Assembly (NCBI GenBank): GCA_030265395.1
Contig: JARFYF010000053.1
Coordinates: 16,800,971 to 16,864,970, forward strand
Source: Rhina ancylostomus
Lineage: Eukaryota
Direction: 5' to 3'
DNA: 64,000 bases
Made by a program: the position numbers and the translations under genes. Below, piece after piece: positions 52,271 to 61,786 of the stretch. The notes under the pieces are model-generated. The model worked only from the letters and a program-made list of their open reading frames with translations. It made no database searches and had not been told where the DNA came from. The stretch's first letter is position 1. Every line of letters begins with the position of its first letter.

Positions 52271-54279
52271 ATGGCTAACCCACTTGAGACAATGCAGGCA
52301 AAATGGGGTACATGGACTCCTGTTGATCTAAAATATCCCGTAATTCTACATCATTCTCACCATAATAAATCAATACCAATACCAATGGACATTTTATTTG
52401 TTTAAGGGTTTTTTTTCACCACCCCTTCATTGATTTAATTTTTTTAACATTTTATTTAGCTCAAGTTGTATAACAAGGAACATTTTCAGCCAGGTCTATA
52501 ATTCTGTGGTTCTTTAACTGTAGAAGTTAAAGTGTCATTTTAATGTAAAACTCCATGGATACTTGGAGAATGAATTCTATTTTCGACTAGCCCCAATTCC
52601 AATGGAAACATTTTGTTTCAACCACGTTTTTGAATTTTTCAAAACACAAGCGGCTGTCAAGCAAGTTAAGTAGAAGATACAGGCACGTTTATAAAGAGTG
52701 TTGGCTCATAAGCATAGACAGATAAACAAAAAGCTAGTCCCTTTGCTCTTGTTTTGGAAAGAAACAACATAGCCAGATTGCAAGGTATCCACATACTTGC
52801 TATATGTAAACATAGAAATGACCTCAACGTGTGCAATCTTTCTCTTATATACACACAGACATTGCAGTGTACACTAGGGTCTGGATAATGATTTGGAAAA
52901 AGAATTTTACTTTAATAAAATTAGCCTTCTCCAGTAAATGATATTGTACACTCCTGGTTAACCTCAGCTATGCTAGAAGTATGGTGTCAAGTAGTCTAGT
53001 AGTACAGGAGTGGACTATCTGACTAACTGATCCAGTGGTGTATCAATGTGCTCCAGCACAAGTCTGCACTTTAATTGCCTGGGAGTACCAATGTTTCTGG
53101 CACTTTTATTTTAGAGGAAAAGATATATCTTGGGGAATAATTTCTTCCACTTGCCCCTCTTGATTGACATTGACTTCACTTGGAAAACATAATACAAAAT
53201 AGAGACTAGTACTGAAAGTTACCACATAAGGGTATTGGAAAGTAAACAAATATTAAAGAGGGAAATAGGTTTTGCACTGATGTTTCAGCATTTAGCATCC
53301 TATAGATATGCAATTTTTGAGAGTCATTTTATGAGACATGGATGCTGTTGGTAAGGTCAGAATTTGCCACATATTCTAATTGGCCTTGAGAATGTTTCAA
53401 TTCTGTGACCCTTGATTCAGGTCACTTTCCCATTCTGTATTTTTTTTGGTTAGAGAATAGTGTGGGAGGCAATGTGAAAGTCAATCAGGAGAAGGGGTTG
53501 TGGTGTGGTGGTGATAAATGAAGAGAAACAAATAAAAGCTTTAAACCAAAGAAGACTGGAAATGCTAATTCCTGAAAGGGTTTATTTCATTCTTGGTTTA
53601 TAGTGAAATCCCAGCTGACAGCTGTTTGCCTTCATAACCTAACATTTGTTTGGGCTGTGAAGTCAGGTCATCTCTGTAATGACTACCAGACTTCTTCTAA
53701 TTGATACCCATCCCATTAAATGGATCTTAAGTCCACAGTCTCTAGAAATCCATTCCCTGGTTGGTGAATTGATTAAATAGATTTCTCCAATGGTAGTTTA
53801 AGATGCAAAGTTAAATGTATTGAAAGAAACTTTCCAAACAAGATTTAGAAACAATTATATAACAGAAAAATGAAATGCTGTCAATTAAGTGAATTTTCAT
53901 GACAAGTAGGTTTGAGTAGTCTGTTTCTAAATTTTACATGGTAGTTAAATATGACCATTGTAATAACTCCAAATGAATATATGTTTGTGGTTTCTCAGCC
54001 TCTGTTCAAGCTGGGTATACGAGTGATCCAAATATAAAGAAGTGCTTTCAAGATATCAAGGGAAGTGCTATAGAATTAATGAAAATAAATAAAACTGCGG
54101 ATGCAGGAAGTCTAAAATAAAAGCAGAAAAAACAGGAAACACTTAGCAGGTCAGGCAGCATCTGTGGACAGAGAAACGATTAAAGTTTCAGATCTGGGAT
54201 CGTTTGTCAGAATTGGGAAAGAGAGAAAAACAGATTAGTTTTCAGTAGCAGAAGGCACCATCCCTCTCCCACTTTTTGT

Positions 54280-55316
54280 CTTTCCTTTATTTCAAAAGTA
54301 TACTTCATTCATAAAAATATATATGCAGGAAGTCAAATTCAGTAAGTACATAATCATTCTTTACATTCATTGTGCTATTAAATCAATACATACACATACA
54401 GAGCATCAATATCATTTATGTTCCCTCTCTAAACAATACAACCATGAAGCATTTGAGAGGCTGTTACACAGGACCCAGCTCCTCAGTGTTCAGTGTGACC
54501 TTAAACTGTGTTCCTTCTCCACCAAGCCTTTGCTGTGACTGCACAAAGCTGTAACACATTTCTCAACATGTACTCTTGCATCCTGGAGTGTATGTATCAG
54601 CAGCATTCACTTAGAGACATCTCCTTACACTGGGAGACCAACAAGATTCAAGCAGGCCAAAGCGTGCCTTACACCAAGTTGATGATCTTCCAGATTTGAT
54701 GTTTATCTTGGTATGTGTCCCTGGGAGCAGCCTGTACATCAGAGAGATCTCTTTCACGCAGCTTCTCGGGACAAACTTCAAGAAGGACCATGGCATCCTT
54801 TTCCACACCCTCTCGGCAAGCTCCCAGTCTAGAAAGAAGTGGATGATATGTACCACAGCTGCTATCTTGAGAGCAGTGTGCATTAGGAATGAGACTGACT
54901 GTGCTGGAAGAATGTGTTGGGGAGGACTTCCCTCACGACCAGCCAAGTGAGGTCTTGGTTCTTGTTGGTGAGCTTTGGCAATGAGGCATTTTGTTAAATG
55001 GCATTAACCATCAACTACTCTGGAAGCTATCCCACAGGATCCATCATGTCCTGCTCCCACAAGTGTTGCAGGACATTCCATGCTGACCATTGTCTGATGG
55101 ACTTGTGTTGAAAAGTGCTTTTCTGCCGAAACTTTCCAACAGATGGAGAGGTGGTGTGGCAAAGTCCAACTGAATGAAACATTGCACAGCAACAAGGATA
55201 GGACCATCGCTCGCAATGCCTAGGGACAAAACAGAGTCTCTGCACAGAGTGACACTTGTGTTTGTCTACTTCAGTTCTATGCACAGCTTGATGCAGCCAC
55301 ACCTAACGGTAGCAGT
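54280..55316 (-). mobile_element. Tx1/L1-clade non-LTR retrotransposon 3' fragment
   Basis: Minus translation HFFLDWELAERVWKRMPWSFLKFVPRSCVKEISLMYRLLPGTHTKINI resembles a Tx1 ORF2 C-terminus; TTTATT near 54286 marks the 3' end. Confidence 0.68.
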
Positions 55317-55759
55317 NNNNNNNNNNNNNNNNNNNNNNNNNNNNNNNNNNNNNNNNNNNNNNNNNNNNNNNNNNNNNNNNNNNNNNNNNNNNNNNNNNNN
55401 NNNNNNNNNNNNNNNNNNNNNNNNNNNNNNNNNNNNNNNNNNNNNNNNNNNNNNNNNNNNNNNNNNNNNNNNNNNNNNNNNNNNNNNNNNNNNNNNNNNN
55501 NNNNNNNNNNNNNNNNNNNNNNNNNNNNNNNNNNNNNNNNNNNNNNNNNNNNNNNNNNNNNNCACGGCGTTAAAGTACACAATTGAAGAGATAGCATCCC
55601 TGTTTAACAGAGCAATTCTATCTGTAATACTAGAAGCAAATCTTGGTATGTAATCTTAAAAGTCCTTGAAAAAATACAGAGTCAGGCAAAGAAAGGAAAT
55701 GCCAGCTCTTAGGAATTTCAGCTATGAGCATAGGTTAAAGTGAGGGACATGTTTTTAGT

Positions 55760-56070
55760 TCATTCATGTAGGATGGAGGCATCACTGGCAAGGCAAGTCT
55801 TTATTGCCTGTCCCTGATTGTCCTTGGGAAGATGATGGGTAGCTGCTTTCTTGAACCACTGCAATCTTTCTGAATAAGCTGCTCCTACAATGCTGTTTGG
55901 CAGAGACTTCCAGGATTTAGACCTAGCGATGATGAAAGAATAGTTATACATTTCCAAGACAGGATGCTGTGTGACTTGGAGGGTATCCTAGAGATGATGG
56001 TGTTCCCTTGTGCCTACTGCCCTTAACCTTCTTGAGGGTAGAAAATGCAAGTTTGGGAGGTGTTATTGCC
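55760..56070 (-). mobile_element. CR1/L2-group LINE 3' end
   Basis: Minus ORF FIIARSKSWKSLPNSIVGA..LQWFKKAATHHL followed by the family tail. Confidence 0.68.
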
Positions 56071-56099
56071 TCTCAGGTATTAATTGACAATCTTTAACT

Positions 56100-57530
56100 T
56101 CACAAGGTTTTCTTAATACCTTTTGTAATATCTGAAATGGAGGAATTGAAATATTGAAACAGAGAAAATGTTTCAATGATCAAAGCGATACTTCAGGGAA
56201 TAGAAAAGAATATTGCCTTAACTTAAGGTGGTTCAGGTTCAGACTATTAAATAGTCAATTTAAGATGGTTATTATGGAGCTCTTCACGTAATGCACATTG
56301 TATGAAAGCCCATTCACAGGCAAAAATCCTAGCTTGTGTTTAGAAGGCTGTTACCAGTGGTGTTCCACAGGGTTGGTACTTCCTCCCTTTGTTTTTGTAA
56401 CATGTGTTACTAATCTGGACCTCCACGTGGGATAATAATAAAAATAGTTTTCAATTGACACAAAAATTGGCCAAATGACTAACAGTAAGGTGGAAAGCTT
56501 TTCCTTGTGGGAAGATGTACATTATCTGCTCAGCTAGACAGCAGAGTGACAAATGGAATTTAGTCTAGTGTGGGATAATATATTTGGGAGATGCAACAAA
56601 GTGAGGGAATATACAATAAATGGCAGGATTTTGAGTCATGTGGAGAAGCAAAGCATGTTGTCACAATGTTGATCCGGAGCAAACTCACAGAGAACCCAAA
56701 TGTGGCACACTGATACAAGACTGGAGTCAGGANNNNNNNNNNNNNNNNNNNNNNNNNNNNNNNNNNNNNNNNNNNNNNNNNNNNNNNNNNNNNNNNNNNN
56801 NNNNNNNNNNNNNNNNNNNNNNNNNNNNNNNNCTGGACAACAAGGCATTAATGGAGCCAAATTGAGGGCCAGAACTCAGAACCATGACACATGTACATCC
56901 ACAGATAGCAAGATTAGACAGTTAAGAAGACACACAGCGTGCTTTCCTTTATTAGTTGAGGCATAGAACACAACAGGGAGTTTGTGTTTCAAGTGTCAAC
57001 AACAGTGGTTAGGTCACAGCTTGAATATTTTGTGCAGTTCCAGTCACCACATTTATACAAAAAATGTGTCAACACTGTAGAGAGTGCAGACTAGATTTGT
57101 GAGGATGTTGCCAAGAGTGGAAAGTTGCAACTGTGAGGAAAGATTGGATAAGCCAGGAATGTGGTCTTGGGAGAAGAAGAGGCCATGGGAGAGACTTGAG
57201 TGAGATGCATAAAGCTGAAGTGCCCACATAGAATAAATAGAAATGACTTATTTCCTTTAGCAGAAAGGTCAAAAACCATGGATTTAAAGTTATTGGTAGA
57301 AAGTTAGAGGGGAGATAAGGAGAAATCTTTTCCCTTGCAAGGTGGCCGGAGTTTGGAACTTGTCATCACATTTAAAATGTACTTGGATGTATGTTTGAAC
57401 AAGTATAACTTGCAAGATTCTAGAATTAATATTAAAAGTTGGGATTAGATTGTGTTGCTCTTTTTCAACTGGGACAGACTCAATGGAAACCAAATAGCCT
57501 TCTTCTGTGTTATAAGTTTTCTATAATTAA
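56100..57530 (+). mobile_element. Old CR1-type LINE interrupted by a solo LTR
   Basis: agtggtgttccacaggg (SGVPQG); cacagcttgaatattttgtgcagttccagtcaccaca. Confidence 0.72.
56659..56889 (+). mobile_element. Solo LTR with 5-bp target-site duplication
   Basis: TGTCA...TGACA termini; CATGT at 56654-56658 and 56890-56894; interior gapped; orientation not established. Confidence 0.75.
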
Positions 57531-58509
57531 AAGGTTCTGTGAAATAATTTAATGAACAATTACATGTAGCAATGGAGAATCTGTGGGATCTTTTTCAATA
57601 GGTGAACTAAATGGACTTGATGAACTCTCTTATTCATCGTTATCTCGTGGTCTTGAGAAGCTGTCAAGATTTTGAAAGGGATTGATCCAAGTACAATTCT
57701 AGTTTTGGTGAAGGATTGAAATGCCAGGGAATGTAGATTAGGAAATTAGGAGTATGAGGGGAATTTGGTACCTTTTCTAGTGAAGGGATAATAATATTTT
57801 GAAACACATTACAAGAAAGGGTCACTGAAATGTATGTGGAGAAAAGGAATGCAAAGGTATGTTAACAAGAACATTGATGGCTAGACAAGAGATCCAAACT
57901 ATGCTCTTTATGAAAGCAAAATACTGCAGAGTCTTAAATCTGAAACAAGCAGAAAATGCTGGAAGTAGTATTAAGTTAGACAGCATTTATGGAGATAGAA
58001 CAGAGCTAACATTGCAATTTTGCATTTCATCAGAACTGTGCTGTTTGCATTATTAATAATCTTCATCAGCTCCAAAAATATATTATTATCGGTGTTTCAA
58101 TTAAAATCTTCTGTCATTTTTCATTTGTTTTTGCATTCCTGGTTGGTGTTAATGGTGCTGATTGTCCTTTTTCATCTAATTTCCTCTTTGTTTCTCTCAA
58201 TTCCTTTCTGACAAGATGGGAAGGAAGCTGTTGTCAGCCTCTTTCAGTGTCACTCTGAACCCTTGGTGTTCTGTGAAAGTTGCACAAGAAGACCTGTTTT
58301 TTAGTTATTCTACACATCTGGAATAAAGAGCCCCTACTCTAATCTGTAGCTTTTGACCCAGCAGCAGTGGGGAAATGACTTCACAGGCTGTTCTGACTTT
58401 GCATTCTATCATTACATCATCAGTGTAATATTTAGTAAGGCTTCATTAATCTGGCACACTTGGGACTTTGCTGGTGTCAGATAGGTAGATATTCTAGACT
58501 ATTGGGTGT

Positions 58510-59400
58510 TATCATAGTAATGCCCATTAGTACTACCCTGTTATTCTTACAACTATCTGCNNNNNNNNNNNNNNNNNNNNNNNNNNNNNNNNNNNNNNNN
58601 NNNNNNNNNNNNNNNNNNNNNNNNNNNNNNNNNNNNNNNNNNNNNNNNNNNNNNNNNNNNATTCTTACAACTATCTGCAATCTCTCTACATATCTGCTCC
58701 TCTAATTCCTGCTGATTATTAGGCCTACAATATAGTCCCATCAAAGTGACCATCCCCCTCTTATTTCTAAGTTCTACCCATATGGCCTCACTGGATGATC
58801 CCTGAGGAATATCCTCTCTAAGCACAGTTGTTATGTCCTCCCTCATTAAAAAGGCAACTCCCCCTCTTCTCTTATCTGTACCTCAGCCACACTTGTAGCA
58901 TCGGTATCCTGGAGTATTGAGCTGTCAGTCCTGCCCTTTTCTCAGCCTCTATTTCTGTTATGGCTATAATATCCAATCCCCAGAGCCAATCCACGCCCTG
59001 AGTCCAACCACCTCACCTGTTAAGCCTCTTGCACTAAAATAAATGCAGTTTAAATCATTGGTCTTTCCATCTCCCTTTGCTGTGCTTTTGGCTAACCTGA
59101 CTACTAGACTTGCTCTTGTTGGCTACAGATTTCTCATCGGCCTCTCTACTGATTGGGGTCCCACTCCCCCTGCCAANNNNNNNNNNTAACCCTCCTGAGT
59201 AGCACTAGTGAATCTCCCTGTCAGGGTATTCATCCCTCTCCAGTTCAGGTACAAAGTGTCCCTCTTGTACAGGCCACCTCTGTCCCATAAGAGATCCCAA
59301 TAATCCAAGAACCTGAATCCCTCCCCCTTGCACCAGCTCCTCAGCCACGCATTCACCTGGCCTATCTTTCTATTCCTGTCCTCACTAGCAACTAGAAATA
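58510..59400 (-). mobile_element. CR1 LINE 5' region: ORF1 esterase (SGNH-like) end plus ORF2 AP-endonuclease start
   Basis: RNRKIGQVNAWLRSWCKGEGFRFLDYWD..LYKRDTLYLNWRG, then SEAIWVELRNKRGMVTLMGLYCRP..LEEQICREI..NRVVLMG. Confidence 0.85.
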
Positions 59401-60033
59401 GGACAAGCTTGGTGGGCACCATGGTCAGCACAGATGAGTTGGGCCAAAGGGCCGGGTTCCATGCTGTGTTAGTCTATGACTCTGATACCCTAACACACTT
59501 TTAATTCATTCTTTTTTAAGAAATTGCACAGTGGGACCTAAAATTTCCAGTGAACCTGGTGAGTTTCAAGGAATCAGGGCAACTGTGAGTTCAAGGAAAC
59601 ACAGTGAACCAATGAGTTTCATGTGAGCAATGGGAATGGGACCCCAGTAAATTTGTGTGGAACATAGGAAAAATCAGTTGGTGAGCCAGTTGCCATACCA
59701 CTGGGATTTCCAAATAATAGGACAGCAGTTATAGATTTTTCCAATGAAACAAGAGTATTTTTCCAGAATATACTTTATTCATAAAAGTTACAATTTATCT
59801 ACACAATACATTACTGATCCAACTTGATTGTCTTAATTGAAAATTAAGTCTGTCCTAAAAGAAGACGTAAAATAACTTGTGTTTATCATCCAATCTTTAT
59901 TAATTACATACATCTTAAAAGTTTTCTTGAATTAATACAAACTGTTCTGCAGATGTCAACACTGCTGGCTATAATTTTAGAGTGCTTGCCTCTGCCAAGA
60001 CCACTCCTTTCCTGTCTGTTCCTTTTGGAACTT

Positions 60034-60059
60034 ATGCAAATTGATGGAGACTGATTGGC
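60034..60059 (+). promoter_or_regulatory. Candidate proximal regulatory module of the semaphorin: octamer plus reverse CCAAT box
   Basis: Perfect ATGCAAAT at 60034-60041 and CTGATTGGC (reverse complement GCCAATCAG) at 60051-60059, 120-140 nt upstream of the first ATG. Confidence 0.4.
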
Positions 60060-60176
60060 AGCAGCATCACCACTCCCACTATTAGTTTCAGTACTATTTG
60101 AGCAGTGAACTGTAATGAATTGAATTGGTGTACAGAGGGACTGGCGTGCACTGGAGTAATGCTGTAGACTTGTAAC

Positions 60177-60333
60177 ATGGAGTGTACAATTTTAATTGGA
60201 GAAAAAGATTGCAGAAGCATGTTTCCTCCTGCAAGGGTTACTGCTGTGTGCTGCTGTGTTATTTTCTTCTTTCTTTTACCGGTGAATGAAGCCTGGAAGC
60301 AAAGTAAACCTCGCCTGAAGTTCTCATACAAAG
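60177..60333 (+). CDS. Class-3 semaphorin (SEMA3D-like, possibly sema3h), first coding exon; gene continues beyond the window
   Basis: ATG in strong Kozak context (aacATGG), second in-frame ATG at 60219. Encodes MECTILIGEKDCRSMFPPARVTAVCCCVIFFFLLPVNEAWKQSKPRLKFSYK: hydrophobic signal peptide then the PRLKxSYK motif typical of SEMA3 N-termini (recalled SEMA3D [20 protein letters not shown]). Phase-1 donor AAA G|gtaaaa at the position expected for SEMA3 genes. Confidence 0.85.
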
Positions 60334-61750
60334 GTAAAAGTTTTATGTGTGTCAGATATTTCAGGATGTTTTTTTACATCTCATGTAATTACTTCAAGTG
60401 TAGTGTCAATCCTATAATTCTTACAGTTAAAAAAACTTGGTTAAACCAGCAAGACACTGTGTTTCTAAGATATAACATGAGAAAGTAATTTTGACACAAT
60501 ACAAGGTGCATATGGTTATAATTTCAGCTAAAATTTTTCTGAATTGCTTTGATTAAACTCTTTAAAAGCTGAAAGATTCACTAAGATTTTGTGTAAATTG
60601 TCCTCAGGGATATCGTATAATGATTTAGTGATGGTATTGTTTCCAATCTAGAATAATCCAATAAATTCACTTAAAGCAAAAATGTCAGTATATACATTTG
60701 GGCAAGTGACTTAACACAATCTGATTTCCTGGACAGGGAATTGCAAGTTTTATGTTTACCTTTTGCAGCTTGAGATATCAATTCTGCATTAAGAATTCCT
60801 GAAACATTGGAAATAATAGTTTTCTGGTCAATGTTTCCACATCAGAACACTGGAGAGTTAGAGATCAGGCAGATGCTTTGTGAAGAGCACAAGCAGTAAG
60901 TGACTGAGATCTATTTCAGCAGTGAACTGTAATGAATTTGATGAAGGTGATGAAATCAAACTGCCTGAAGGTAACTGTAGGAAAGGCAATGGCTTGTCTT
61001 AGATATGCAAAAAGCCTGGCATCTTCACTTGGAACATTCATGGTTAATTTCAACTGTTCTTTCCTCACCTTGTCTTCAGCTGCTGCTGAAAGTGATTAGT
61101 TTAAATCATATTTATTACTTTTATTTTTAAAATGGCTAAAATAAATTCAGAAACAGCCTAACGATCTGCTGACAGCAATAGGTCATAAGGTGTGAATGCA
61201 TTGTTTTTTTAAACCATGGAAGCAATGTTTCAGTTCTGCACTGCACACCAGAATAAAAGGCCTACTTATACACGTCTTGACATGCGTTACCTCATTATAT
61301 GAACTACACCTCAAATGTTTAACCTTCATTTTTTTATTGGGGAAAAAAACAAATTATAACATTATCTAACATACAATCTAGGAGTGTGGAATAAAATTTA
61401 CCTTAACTTTGAATCAGAATTTTTGTTCGCATCTAAGGAATGGTGACCATCAATTTATGAAACACTTTGTGTAACCTGACAAGCTAATTTCTATAACTTG
61501 TCCTGAAGCAAAAGTGTAATGCAAGCTGTTCTCAATCTTAAATGTGAAAGCCACTTTTATGAGGCTTGTGGGGCTAAGGATCAGCAATGAACAATGACAG
61601 AAATTGACTTGTATTGTAAATGCCTGCATCCCTTTTAAACAGAAGGAAAAAGAATGGGCCTGTCACAATCCTGTCAGGATTAGGATAGGATAAACTTTTC
61701 CCTTTCTCCTTTTATACTTAACTGTGAGCTTTCTCTCTTTCTCCTTTTCT

Positions 61751-61786
61751 CACACAGGCACACACACACATGTAGTCACACACACA
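61751..61786. repeat. Interrupted (CA)n microsatellite
   Basis: cacacaggcacacacacacatgtagtcacacacaca; a (CT)n run also lies at ~61955-61970. Confidence 0.8.

Noticed and set aside
58543-58678. attcttacaactatctgc duplicated across a 100-N gap
   Set aside because: The CR1 reading continues if the gap is collapsed, which points to an assembly overlap artefact.
59123-59431. SGNH/GDSL esterase-like ORF as a host gene
   Set aside because: It is directly followed by CR1 endonuclease sequence, so it is the known CR1 ORF1 esterase domain, degraded.
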